DNA from: an uncultured Methanosarcinales archaeon
GTDB lineage: Archaea; Nanobdellota; Nanobdellia; Woesearchaeales; JACPBV01
Assembly: GCA_964618315.1 (NCBI GenBank)
Contig: CAZTWQ010000004.1
Coordinates: 15,866-79,865 of the forward strand
Direction: 5' to 3'
DNA: 64,000 bases
Both the position numbers and the translations under genes were made by a program. The first letter of the stretch is position 1; every line of letters begins with the position of its first letter. Shown piece by piece: positions 19,350 through 29,353 of the stretch. A model generated the notes under the pieces. It searched no databases and had not been told where the DNA came from. It saw nothing but the letters and a program-made list of their open reading frames with translations.

Positions 19350-19459
19350 ACTCTACTGGCTAATCAATTTGAATATATAAGCCTTATTAAAAGAATTACT
19401 CCCTATTATCTCAAAACTGATTTACATCACGAAACTAGTTCGTTTTCGTTTTAAAAAGC

Positions 19460-19591
19460 AAAAAATAACATTGATGAAAATATGGGTGCAGAGGGAATTT
19501 CCATACGGAGTGTGGAAATTTCCTTTGTGAATAGGACTTTACATAGTAAAGTCCGTGTTTGAATTATATGTTGTTATTTTTTGAATTTTCT
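19460..19591 (+). repeat. Structured intergenic element, copy B (homolog of 7756-7889)
   Basis: Closing stem AAAAAATAAC/GTTATTTTTT. Hairpins GGGAATTTCCA-N9-TGGAAATTTCC and GGACTTTAC-ATA-GTAAAGTCC. Shares the 3' tail TTGAATTTTCT with copy A. Confidence 0.55.
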
Positions 19592-19642
19592 ATATTAAGT
19601 ACACAGTATACGAACTAAAAACATAATAACTCAAAGAAAGAA

Positions 19643-20788
19643 TCATCCTTTAACTATATCTATGATTACAGGTGGTCTATTCACATTGCTGATAACAACA
19701 TTTACTTTCTGGCTTACTTCAGATACATAGTCAGAAACACTCACTGTTATAACATACTCCCCAGCATCATCAAAATCTGTTTCCCAGATAAACTCACTCT
19801 CATCTCGATCAAATTTACCGCCCTCTACCCCAATAACCAACTCATCACCATCTTCATCGCTTGCTTTTGGTTCTATAACAACCTTGCCTTTCTCTTCAGT
19901 CCAAATACTAGGTATTGGCTCTAGGCTAGGTTCTCTGTTTATATTTTCAACTTCTATATCCCATTCCCTTGAAACTTCTGTAGAACCATCTGTAACTATA
20001 ACTTCAATTGTATGTTCGCCTGCAGAATTATAATCAGCATCATAGATATATTCATCATCTTTAGAAACTTCATCCCCATCTAGTTTCCATATATAGTCTA
20101 ATTTATCTTTGTTCTTATCCTCAACAACAATAACAAAGCCAATATTTGAATTCTCATCAATCCCAACTTCATCTTCAGTTGGAGAAAAACCTTCTATTGT
20201 TGGGGCTTCTTCTTTTTTGTTTACTATAATTTTAGCCTCTTTAGTGCTCGATAAATCACCATCAGATGCAGTAACTGTAATTGTATATTCTCCAGCATCC
20301 CCATAATCAGTCTGCCATTCACCCCCCTCATTTATAGGTAAGCTGAAATCATATTTGATAACATCTTCATCAGGATCATAGCCGTCTGGAAGAAGGGCAA
20401 TCTTTTCAGTCTCTGAGATAATAAACTCTATATCTTTTTTTATTTCTGCTTCTTTTTCTTCTAAGTCTTCACTATTAAAATCTTTAGCAGAAACATCAGA
20501 TCCTTTTTTCTTTGCTTCTAGGAACTTATGATACTCTTCTCTGTTATATATGCAGACTTCATCTCTGTCTAATACTATCATTGTATCTTCCAATGCACTT
20601 GCCCCATAATCCATTGAGCAGTATGCAGTATCAACAAAACATTGCCCAAATGTAAAAAAATAAACACATTCATCTAACCAGGGGTTAAATCTTGTATGTG
20701 GTTCTGTGATCTTTACCGGTACCGCAATAGCTATAGAACACAACAATAAAAAAACAGAGATAATTAAATATATATTTTTTATCTTCAT
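19643..20788 (-). CDS. Secreted surface protein with alternating cadherin-like/He_PIG-like and PKD-like Ig repeats
   Basis: Signal peptide. Repeats such as EWQTDYGDAGEYTITVTASDG and YIWKLDGDEVSKDDEYIYDADYNSAGEHTIEVIVTDG. Confidence 0.6.
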   Translation of the reverse strand: MKIKNIYLIISVFLLLCSIAIAVPVKITEPHTRFNPWLDECVYFFTFGQCFVDTAYCSMDYGASALEDTMIVLDRDEVCIYNREEYHKFLEAKKKGSDVSAKDFNSEDLEEKEAEIKKDIEFIISETEKIALLPDGYDPDEDVIKYDFSLPINEGGEWQTDYGDAGEYTITVTASDGDLSSTKEAKIIVNKKEEAPTIEGFSPTEDEVGIDENSNIGFVIVVEDKNKDKLDYIWKLDGDEVSKDDEYIYDADYNSAGEHTIEVIVTDGSTEVSREWDIEVENINREPSLEPIPSIWTEEKGKVVIEPKASDEDGDELVIGVEGGKFDRDESEFIWETDFDDAGEYVITVSVSDYVSEVSQKVNVVISNVNRPPVIIDIVKG

Positions 20789-20789
20789 T

Positions 20790-22937
20790 TTAGTTTACCT
20801 CTACAAACCTTTTACTTTTTTCATCCAATACTTTATCATCATGCGTTATTTCATATTGGTTATATGCATAGCTTGTTTTCTCCTGTTGCACTATCGGTTT
20901 AACTATGGGCTTAACTACTGGTTTCTTTTCTTCTTTCTTCTTTAAAACAATCTTAATATTCTTTTTTACTTCTTTCTTAACAACTTCTTCCTTCTTCTCT
21001 TGAACTTTCTTTGTTTCAACAACAGCTTTAGCATTAGGATCTTTAACAACCCCTATTCTCAATTTATGTTCTGTTTCAGATTCACCATCAGATACAACAA
21101 CCTTTATAGTTTTAATTCCAGTAGAGGTAAAAGTTCTTGCCATAGACTTCTCTGCTTCATACTCTTCCAATAGTCCAAATTTCCATCTATAGCTTAATTC
21201 ATCACCATCAGGGTCAAAAGCATCTATCTCCAGTAATACTTTTTTGCCAACATAAAAAACAGACCCTTCTTCTGGTTTTACAGAAATTATTTCAGGTGCC
21301 CTGTTTACATCATATACAGTTATATTGACTTCTTTTATGTTCTCACTTTCACCATCACTGGCCACAAATTTTATTGTAAACGTATTTGAGCCAGACTCAA
21401 CAGAATCATGGTCTGGAGTCCATCTAAAAACATTATCCTCGATTATTGCACCTTCAGGCAATGCTTCAACATCGATATTTACAGATTCACCATCAGGATC
21501 GCTGGCAGATAATATCATCTCTAATTCCTCGCCCTCTTTAATCTCTGCATTTTGGATATCGTTTATTGTTGGTCCTCTATTAGAATTTTCAACTTTAATC
21601 ACTACAAATTTTTCATCAGTTAAAAAACCATCTGAAGCGACTACCTTTACTTTGTAAGTTCCCTCACTATTATAATCTGGAGTATGCCTGTCTACATCAA
21701 TCCATCCAGAATATGAATAAGTTACTTTGTCCCCATCAGGATCATTTGCATTTGCTTCTATGATGAATTCCTCACCCTCTTTAGCTGAAATATCGAGAAT
21801 ATCCCCCATTACAGGGGCCATGTTGACATCCTTTACCATTATAAGTACATTCCTTTTAACCTCTAATTCATTACTTTTAGCTGTAAACGTTATCTTAAAT
21901 GGGCTGTACAATATATGGAATTTATTCAATACTTTCTCTAATGCATTATCCTTATTGACAGTATCTAGGTTTGTAACAAACTCAAATACATTACCTTCTA
22001 AAGAAGCACCTTCTGGCATATTCTCTGCGATATATTCTATTTTGTCCCCATCAGGATCTTCAGCTTCAAGTTCAATAGTAACTTTTTGATTCTCTTTTAT
22101 CCATGCATTGGATATGTCCTTAAACACAGGAGCCCTATCAACATCAACTACCTCTAACTCAATAGTTCTGGAAGCATCAAACTCTCCATCTCTTATCTCA
22201 ATTTCAATATCATACATTCCAGCATCATCAAAATCTGTTTCCCAGGTATTATCGTCCCCTATAGGTTCTGATACACTATACTCTAGATTATATTTCTCAA
22301 AATCTGGAAGGTCTAACTTTGCAACCTCTCCTTCGTTAACCTTAATATCTCCTATATCATCGATTAATTCATCCCTATTCACTTTATTAACTTTAACTCC
22401 CCATATTCTTTCAGTTTCAGATTCACCATCAGAGATTAGGATTTCAATATCATGCATACCTGCATCAAAATAATCTGATTTATACACATACTCATTACCC
22501 TCAAAAATATCATCCCCATCTAGTTTCCAGATATATTCTAATTCATCATTATTTGTATCAGATGCTTCTATGTTAAACTTTATAGATTCACCCTCCATTA
22601 TTTCTAGTTCATCTTGTTCCGGAGAAAAAGAATCTATGCTTGGATTTACATTTAGCTTCTTAACAATTAATATTACTTCTTCAAACGCATCTAATTTGCC
22701 ATCAGAAACAGTAACTGTAACTTTATACTCCCCATTATCACCATATGTTGTCTGCCATTGCCCATTTTCATCTAATGGTTCAGAAAAATTATATGTTAAT
22801 TCATCACCATCTTCATCAATAACATCTAGTTCTAATGAAACAAGCTCAGTTTCCTGAAAGTTCATTGTCTTGATCGCATCAGCCAAACTAATAGAAAGAA
22901 CCAGTACCAATAAAAATATCCAAATCTTACTCCTCAT
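20790..22937 (-). CDS. Large secreted surface protein with the same Ig-like repeat family and a Lys/Glu/Val-rich C-terminal tail
   Basis: 715 aa. At least eight repeat units of the same two types. Its stop lies 1 nt from the next gene's start. Confidence 0.6.
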   Translation of the reverse strand: MRSKIWIFLLVLVLSISLADAIKTMNFQETELVSLELDVIDEDGDELTYNFSEPLDENGQWQTTYGDNGEYKVTVTVSDGKLDAFEEVILIVKKLNVNPSIDSFSPEQDELEIMEGESIKFNIEASDTNNDELEYIWKLDGDDIFEGNEYVYKSDYFDAGMHDIEILISDGESETERIWGVKVNKVNRDELIDDIGDIKVNEGEVAKLDLPDFEKYNLEYSVSEPIGDDNTWETDFDDAGMYDIEIEIRDGEFDASRTIELEVVDVDRAPVFKDISNAWIKENQKVTIELEAEDPDGDKIEYIAENMPEGASLEGNVFEFVTNLDTVNKDNALEKVLNKFHILYSPFKITFTAKSNELEVKRNVLIMVKDVNMAPVMGDILDISAKEGEEFIIEANANDPDGDKVTYSYSGWIDVDRHTPDYNSEGTYKVKVVASDGFLTDEKFVVIKVENSNRGPTINDIQNAEIKEGEELEMILSASDPDGESVNIDVEALPEGAIIEDNVFRWTPDHDSVESGSNTFTIKFVASDGESENIKEVNITVYDVNRAPEIISVKPEEGSVFYVGKKVLLEIDAFDPDGDELSYRWKFGLLEEYEAEKSMARTFTSTGIKTIKVVVSDGESETEHKLRIGVVKDPNAKAVVETKKVQEKKEEVVKKEVKKNIKIVLKKKEEKKPVVKPIVKPIVQQEKTSYAYNQYEITHDDKVLDEKSKRFVEVN

Positions 22938-22985
22938 TTAAAACCCCCAATTTTAACTAAAAAAAGATAATAAAAAAATAAAAAA

Positions 22986-24134
22986 TTATCCTAACACAAT
23001 ATCATCTATTACAGGAGCCCTGTTAACATTCCCTACATTTACTTCTACTTTTTGGCTCACTGCATCAGTACCATCAGAAACAGTTATGGTTATTGTGTAA
23101 TCTCCTGCATCATCATAGGTGGTGTCCCATTCAAACTGGCCATCGACTTGCTTGAATTTATCACTGTCAACACTAAATACTAGATCATCACTATCTGGAT
23201 CATTTGCTTTAGGAGACAAGATGACCTTTTCAGTTTCCTTAACACTTATTGCTTCAATCAAACCTACCAACACAGGCTTTCTATTGACATTATCAATCTT
23301 TATAGTCCATATCTTACTTGCTTCTCCAGCACCATCAGCTACAGCAATTTTAACTGTATGCTGACCAGCACCATCATAGCCTACATCATATGTATAACTA
23401 TCCTCTTTAGAAACTTCATTTCCATCTAGTTTCCATGTATAATCTAATGCATCGTTATTTAGGTCACTTGCTTGGATACTAAATTTCAATTCAGAAGCCT
23501 CTTTTGAATTCAATGCATCTTCTGCAGGGATAGCTTGATTAATTACAGGCAGTTCTTCTTTTTTATTGACAATTATCAAAACATCCTTTGTAGCACTTAA
23601 CTCACCATCAGATGCCGTCACTGTAACTGTATACTCTCCAGCATCCCCATAATCAGTTTTCCATTTTCCTTCTGTAGTAAGTGGACTGGTATAGATAAAT
23701 TCTAATTGATCTTGGTCTGGGTCAATTGCTTTTGGTGTTAATGAAACAAGTTCAGTCTCTTCAACAATAACAACTTTAGATCCAGCTCCTTTAATCTCAT
23801 CCACGACTTCTACTTCAGTAGTCTCTTCAACTTCTTCAATAATCTCTTCAACTTCCTCGAGAATTTCTTCATCATCAAGAACGTCATCATTAACTTCTTC
23901 AATAATCTCTTCAACTTCTTCAAGAACGACCTCGCCCTCTATTTCATCATCTTCAGGAATCTGAGGTGGCAAATCTTCTTCCTCTTCCATCTTTATTTCT
24001 TCTAGAGGTACATATTCATCATCAGTTGTCTGAATACCATACAATTCTTTTAGCTGTTCACAACCACTTAAAAGAAACATACTTACTATACATAATATTA
24101 AAATTTTTTTTATCATTAAAATCCCCTCCCTCAT
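22986..24134 (-). CDS. Secreted lipoprotein-like surface protein, close paralog of 19643-20788, with an acidic N-terminal repeat
   Basis: LLSGCEQ lipobox-like signal, duplicated LEEVEEIIEEV acidic segment, then the same repeat order as 19643-20788. Both end in VNR(A/P)PVI.DIV.G. Confidence 0.6.
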   Translation of the reverse strand: MREGILMIKKILILCIVSMFLLSGCEQLKELYGIQTTDDEYVPLEEIKMEEEEDLPPQIPEDDEIEGEVVLEEVEEIIEEVNDDVLDDEEILEEVEEIIEEVEETTEVEVVDEIKGAGSKVVIVEETELVSLTPKAIDPDQDQLEFIYTSPLTTEGKWKTDYGDAGEYTVTVTASDGELSATKDVLIIVNKKEELPVINQAIPAEDALNSKEASELKFSIQASDLNNDALDYTWKLDGNEVSKEDSYTYDVGYDGAGQHTVKIAVADGAGEASKIWTIKIDNVNRKPVLVGLIEAISVKETEKVILSPKANDPDSDDLVFSVDSDKFKQVDGQFEWDTTYDDAGDYTITITVSDGTDAVSQKVEVNVGNVNRAPVIDDIVLG

Positions 24135-24273
24135 AATCCTTTTTTAAAATTAAAATGTTATTATTGTTTAATACACAACTACTATATAAACTTTATGGTA
24201 GTTAAAATATAGATTATGTTATCACTAATCTCCACAAATCGATGTTACAAAAATCTAAGATAAAAAAATAATA

Positions 24274-24372
24274 TGGGCCCACGGAGATTCGAACTCCGGA
24301 CCTCACGATCTCTATTGACATTATTTATGTCCATTATCAGTCGTGCGCACCACCAGACTATGCTATGGGCCC
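24274..24372 (-). tRNA. tRNA-Ile (anticodon GAT) with ~25-nt intron at the canonical 37/38 position
   Basis: Acceptor GGGCCCA/TGGGCCC. Anticodon arm CACGA-CTGATA[intron]A-TCGTG. T arm CGGAG-TTCGAAT-CTCCG. Confidence 0.9.
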
Positions 24373-24579
24373 ATTGACATTAAATTAAATAACATAAAAA
24401 CAAAATAATTATCTTATTTAACTTATTGCTTTACACTCAGAAAACCAAGTCTGTTTATAAATTTTATTATTAAATTACAAATGCAGAAATCTCTTCTATT
24501 TATGTGTTTTAAATGAAATACTTATAAATTTCTAAGAATATATCTGCAATTTCTTATAAAAATATTAAAAAAATAAAAA

Positions 24580-24682
24580 CGCCTCCACGCAGACTCGAAC
24601 TGCGGACCTTGCGATCACCACAAACAATTTATAAAAAATCGTTGATAACAGTCGCACGCTCTACCTACTAAGCTATGGAGGC
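24580..24682 (-). tRNA. tRNA-Asn (anticodon GTT) with ~30-nt intron at 37/38
   Basis: Acceptor GCCTCCA/TGGAGGC. Anticodon arm TGCGA-CTGTTA[intron]A-TCGCA. T arm CGCAG-TTCGAGT-CTGCG. Confidence 0.9.
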
Positions 24683-24770
24683 ATTAAAAAAGCCTTTATC
24701 TCCTGTAAAGCTGATACAATAGAATCATCAAATTCTTTATAAAACTTTCTTTCCCAGAATCATAGGTTGG

Positions 24771-25466
24771 CTATCTTCTATAATACTGCGCCCTCTGTTG
24801 TTGCAATATAATATCCCTTTTCTTTTTCTTGATCTGCTTATACTTTAAATATGCCCCAATTACCAAAACAGCCAGGACTAAGACCCACCAGAACGATCTT
24901 CTCTTAAAAAACAACCTCTCTTCGATTAATGGAACTTCTAATATCCTGTATTTTCTTGGATTATACACAACAATGGATTTAACTTCATCATAATATGGGA
25001 ATATCAATGCAAAATCAGTTTCATTCAATTCAATATACCCCCCAGATAAACTTTTTATTAATGGATCGACAGAATCAAAATTAACTTTCAATGGAACTTC
25101 AAACTTAAATGAATATACTACTTCATTATTTATATCTATCATCTCTGCTATATACCCTTCTCCTGGCTGTAATGCTCTATCAGGAGCATACCCGCATTTT
25201 ATTACTTTGTCTTTATATTTGATAACCCCATTATCATAATTAAAATTAACAACAACTGCCTGACTGCACTCTACCCCATCATCTTGAGATGAAGATACAA
25301 CTGGGATTAACAAGACAAAGATCAAGCAAAGTAATATTTTATTTCTTCCCATGGGGAAATTTGAAAATCCCAGCGGGATTCTTGAAATCGAAGATTTCAA
25401 TAAACTTCTAGCTTTGCTTGAAGTATTGGGTACAAAAATTCCAATAATCCCTTTTTTCATATTCAT
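24771..25466 (-). CDS. Membrane-anchored secreted protein (hypothetical), coupled to the upstream peptidase gene
   Basis: Internal signal-like segment ILLCLIFVLLIPVVSS and a C-terminal TM helix plus basic tail. 4-nt overlap with 25463-26635. The true start could be the internal MGRNK. Confidence 0.45.
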   Translation of the reverse strand: MNMKKGIIGIFVPNTSSKARSLLKSSISRIPLGFSNFPMGRNKILLCLIFVLLIPVVSSSQDDGVECSQAVVVNFNYDNGVIKYKDKVIKCGYAPDRALQPGEGYIAEMIDINNEVVYSFKFEVPLKVNFDSVDPLIKSLSGGYIELNETDFALIFPYYDEVKSIVVYNPRKYRILEVPLIEERLFFKRRSFWWVLVLAVLVIGAYLKYKQIKKKKRDIILQQQRAQYYRR

Positions 25467-26635
25467 CTTTCACCATAGCTGTTTAATTTATTTATCATTA
25501 TATTCTCATTTAATGGACCAAACTGTTCAGTCTTTAAAGATCTCATCAATGAATCTGCTGTTGGTCTTGAGAATTCATTTAATGAACAGCCTTCAAAACA
25601 GCCCGTACCTTCTATTCCATCCCATTCATTGCAATCAGGGGGGCTATCGCAATTTGGATACTCATCCTCATCAAAACCCATATTAGAATAATATCTTTCA
25701 TCCACATATTCGTCGGCTAATCCCCCAAATATATGTCCAAATTCATGCAAAACCACAATCATATTATCTGCAGTGTTCACTTTCTCCATATTCGATACAG
25801 CACTTGATCTTACTGGCTTTATAAAATCCTGTACCTTATTTCTATCTACTAATACTATTATATAGTCATTAGGACAATATGATGCTAGCTTCTTAACCTC
25901 AAACTCATCACATTTTACCCATGATCCAACTTCACAGTTCAGTACATCTAATTTATCTACCCTATAGAAATTTATTTTATCTTGATTTCCTTTAAATGGC
26001 TCAGTCGTCACAAATAAATTGACATAATCATTTACATCCTCTCTGAAGTTATCAAATGTGCTATAGCCATAACTCAGGAAAACAACATCAATCGAATTAT
26101 TTGGATGCGAATTATATAGTACAGAAACACAATCAATATCTTTCTCAGTTGCCCTAAATGTACTTACTAATGTCTTATTGCCTTTGCTTGTTAAGCTTAA
26201 TCTTGTAGTTCCTTGTAGGGATTTCAGACAAATTGGATTCTCATCCTTATTTAGCTCAAAATTACTGACAGATATGGGGGAAAACTTATCAAATGGTCCA
26301 AAGAATATATTCTTATCCGGATATTTATTTATCTCAAAATTAAGGTCGCAATTAATCAATGGGGAGATCTCTTTAGTCTTATCAACAAAACAGACAGATT
26401 CTATATCATTAGGGAGTGCAATAACTTTTTCATCTACAGACCCATAGCTTCTTGATGTCTGTTTTCTTATCACATTTTGGACAGAACTTAAGAAATTACC
26501 AAGCTCCAATTTCTCTGATGTTCTTGCCCATTGGACTATCTGAACTGTTCCAAAAATAAGAATCAAACCAGCAACTATAGTAAATAATGAATACATGATG
26601 GGTCTTCCCATAAACTGACCCTTTTTACTTACCAT
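25463..26635 (-). CDS. Zinc metallopeptidase, M64 (IgA-peptidase)-like
   Basis: N-terminal TM anchor. VVLHEFGHIFGGLADEY matches the HExxH...DEY pattern I associate with peptidase family M64. Confidence 0.6.
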   Translation of the reverse strand: MVSKKGQFMGRPIMYSLFTIVAGLILIFGTVQIVQWARTSEKLELGNFLSSVQNVIRKQTSRSYGSVDEKVIALPNDIESVCFVDKTKEISPLINCDLNFEINKYPDKNIFFGPFDKFSPISVSNFELNKDENPICLKSLQGTTRLSLTSKGNKTLVSTFRATEKDIDCVSVLYNSHPNNSIDVVFLSYGYSTFDNFREDVNDYVNLFVTTEPFKGNQDKINFYRVDKLDVLNCEVGSWVKCDEFEVKKLASYCPNDYIIVLVDRNKVQDFIKPVRSSAVSNMEKVNTADNMIVVLHEFGHIFGGLADEYVDERYYSNMGFDEDEYPNCDSPPDCNEWDGIEGTGCFEGCSLNEFSRPTADSLMRSLKTEQFGPLNENIMINKLNSYGER

Positions 26636-26666
26636 ATTCTTAGTTTAGGATAAGAAATATATAAAC

Positions 26667-28124
26667 TTAATCGTTTTCAACAACTGCAGTAACGCTTCTC
26701 AACATATGCTTGCTTACCTTTAGATTATAGAACTTACCTAATTCTAACCTTCCTTTTACTCCAGCAATTAAGGGGTACGTCCCTATTTGCCTTCCAAAAG
26801 TTGTATTCCCATCATAGACCTCCATCCTAACATTATTCAATACACTTCCAACAGGCACCAATTTCTTTAACATCTCAAAATCAATATTCTGTCTTATATC
26901 ATTTCTCCATTTCCAATAATACTTCTTATTCTTTCTTATGAACTTATTACCCACTTTCTCATGTAGTGGAGTTCCAGAAAAAATATCAACTTGCCTAACA
27001 TTTATTCTCCTGATTAATAATCCCTCATCCAATAACCGTTTTAACCAATCGACATTGTATTTATTAGTATCTTTACTCTCACCAATTAACCCAAACAATA
27101 GATTGATACCAGGTAAAAACTTAGGCATCCCATTTTCTCCCTTCTCAGCACCATACTTATTCAATATCCTGCTTGCTTCATAAGTGACTTCTGGATCAGC
27201 ATTTAAGTTATTCTCCTTGATAACAGCAGGATCAAAACTCTCAACACCAAAAGCAGCGACATTGCCTGGAGTACAATACTTCACAATAGCTTTAGTTATC
27301 TCAATCCCTTTTTTCGAAACAACATTCATTGGATTTACATTGTCTATATGCAGTACATCTATCTTGCATTCTTTTCTGATATCCTTGACAATCTCAGCAG
27401 CTTCGGGGTGTGCATAATAACAGCTTTGCTTCCCTACCCTGAAATTCTTAACACCCAATTTACCCAAAGCCTTAACCTCATTGATAATATCCTTTCCAGT
27501 TCTAAACTCCAATTTATTCTTCAATGGTTCTGTACAAAAACTACAATGAACTTTTCTTGAGCATCCTTTTGAACTCTCAAGCTCAACAACCCTCAATTTT
27601 GGTATCTGCTTAATGATCTCAGCACCTTTGATAGCAAATTCATTTATATCATCATAAGAAAAATTAAAATCTTTAACCATATCAAAAGAGCTTAAATCAA
27701 CTTTCTCAGCAAACCTGCCGCCCTCAACAGAACTCCCATAAACAGCAGGACCAGTCAGTATTTTCTTACAGGAAATATCCTTAGTCAATTCAATTATTTC
27801 TTTTAGTGTCCCTGGAATTGCAGAAAGATACTTGCCAGGGGTATGAACACCAGCGATTATTATCAATTCAGTTGTATCTTGAAGTACTTCTTTTATTTTA
27901 CCGATATTCTTTGTCAGATTATATATCTTGATATTAGTCTTATGACTAACTTCTTTCTTCTTATCATCAAGATTATAATACTTGAAAAAACGAAGATCAT
28001 CTATAGTGATATAATTAGGCATTTCACTAAGAGAACCAGCTATATATCTTGGGTAAGTTCCTAGATAAGGTGGCACACCCAACCCTGCAGGCTCATCTGT
28101 ATAACAGTCTAATATAGTTATCAT
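26667..28124 (-). CDS. Radical SAM-type Fe-S enzyme (archaeal COG1031-like), with an unusual Cys spacing
   Basis: 485 aa. N-terminal ILDCYTDEPAGLGVPPYLGTYPRY. The cluster GCSRKVHCSFC is C-x5-C-x2-C, not the canonical C-x3-C-x2-C. Confidence 0.55.
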   Translation of the reverse strand: MITILDCYTDEPAGLGVPPYLGTYPRYIAGSLSEMPNYITIDDLRFFKYYNLDDKKKEVSHKTNIKIYNLTKNIGKIKEVLQDTTELIIIAGVHTPGKYLSAIPGTLKEIIELTKDISCKKILTGPAVYGSSVEGGRFAEKVDLSSFDMVKDFNFSYDDINEFAIKGAEIIKQIPKLRVVELESSKGCSRKVHCSFCTEPLKNKLEFRTGKDIINEVKALGKLGVKNFRVGKQSCYYAHPEAAEIVKDIRKECKIDVLHIDNVNPMNVVSKKGIEITKAIVKYCTPGNVAAFGVESFDPAVIKENNLNADPEVTYEASRILNKYGAEKGENGMPKFLPGINLLFGLIGESKDTNKYNVDWLKRLLDEGLLIRRINVRQVDIFSGTPLHEKVGNKFIRKNKKYYWKWRNDIRQNIDFEMLKKLVPVGSVLNNVRMEVYDGNTTFGRQIGTYPLIAGVKGRLELGKFYNLKVSKHMLRSVTAVVEND

Positions 28125-28211
28125 AATGTTATGTATTTATACATCTATATAAAAATATTGATATATCTTACCAAAAGACTTTAATATTACCCCTCCTTCA
28201 AGAATTTTAAT

Positions 28212-28841
28212 ATGGTTTATCCAATAGGTCGGATATTTAGACCAATTGTAACATTCCCTGTAAAGCAAATTCAAGGACTTGAGAATTTACCTAAAAATAC
28301 TCCTTTTATTCTGGCTTCTAATCACAATAGCTTTGTTGATCCAATGATTATAAGCTTTTTGATACCTAGTTATATTAAAAAGCGCATTTATTTCATCTCA
28401 GCAATGTTTTTTATATTCGATTTACTGGCAAATTTTATTGTCAGCGAATTTGCAGGGAGTATACGCTTAAAGAAAAAAGCCCATGGTGGATTTATGAAAT
28501 CTGCCCTCAAAAAGTTAAAAAAAGGAGACATTGTATGTATATTTCCAGAAGGATTTCCAAACAAGAAACCTCATATCAGGAAAGGAAAAACAGGCGTTGC
28601 AAGATTAGTTCTAAAAGCAAAATTACCTATAGTCCCCATGGGTATTAAAGGCACACTATATTTATGGTCTCGGCTAAAATGGATTCCAAGACCTAGAAAG
28701 CAAGTGACTATAAAAATAGGTAAACCCCTATATTTCAATGATTATTATAATAAAGACGAAGACTACCCTACTTTAACTAAAGTTACTAGGTCTATTATGA
28801 AACAAATTGCCAAATTAACAGATCAAGAATATAAGTTTTAG
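28212..28841 (+). CDS. plsC: 1-acyl-sn-glycerol-3-phosphate acyltransferase-family protein
   Basis: HX4D motif in ASNHNSFVDP and FPEG in CIFPEGFPN, with VPMGIKG further on. Confidence 0.75.
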   Translation: MVYPIGRIFRPIVTFPVKQIQGLENLPKNTPFILASNHNSFVDPMIISFLIPSYIKKRIYFISAMFFIFDLLANFIVSEFAGSIRLKKKAHGGFMKSALKKLKKGDIVCIFPEGFPNKKPHIRKGKTGVARLVLKAKLPIVPMGIKGTLYLWSRLKWIPRPRKQVTIKIGKPLYFNDYYNKDEDYPTLTKVTRSIMKQIAKLTDQEYKF

Positions 28842-28843
28842 GT

Positions 28844-29353
28844 TCACTCCATCAAAAACCTTTTTGCTTTTATAAAATAATCCACACCAGAAGCTAGAGT
28901 TAACACAACAGCAACTAACATAAACCACCAATTATAAGGAAAACTGATAATAACAGCAACAATGGCAGATATCTGTGAAATTGTTTTTATTTTACCAAAT
29001 TTACTTGCAGCTATTGTTACATTCTTAGCAGAAGCACTCAACCTTAACCCAGTAACAGCAAATTCTCTGGCTATTATCACAAAAGCCATCCAGGCATCTA
29101 CACCTTTACCGATTAAAAATATTAAAGCTGCAGATATCAATAATTTATCAGCCAATGGATCCAGCAATTGTCCTAGCTTAGTTACTTCTTTTCTCTTCCT
29201 AGCTATATAACCATCCAATGCATCTGTCAAAGCTAGGATTATAAAAACACTCGCAGATATATATTCAATGTATTTTATTTTAATAGATAATATAATAATA
29301 AAAATCGGAATAAGAGCAATCCTTAGAATTGTAATCTTGTTTGGAACATTCAT
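28844..29353 (-). CDS. CDP-alcohol phosphatidyltransferase (PgsA-like)
   Basis: Family signature DALDGYIARKRKEVTKLGQLLDPLADK, with multiple TM helices. Confidence 0.78.
   Translation of the reverse strand: MNVPNKITILRIALIPIFIIILSIKIKYIEYISASVFIILALTDALDGYIARKRKEVTKLGQLLDPLADKLLISAALIFLIGKGVDAWMAFVIIAREFAVTGLRLSASAKNVTIAASKFGKIKTISQISAIVAVIISFPYNWWFMLVAVVLTLASGVDYFIKAKRFLME

Noticed and set aside
19643-24134. Diversity-generating retroelement targeting the surface-protein genes
   Set aside because: No reverse transcriptase and no template/variable repeat pair with A-specific mismatches were seen. The similarity between genes is ordinary paralogy.
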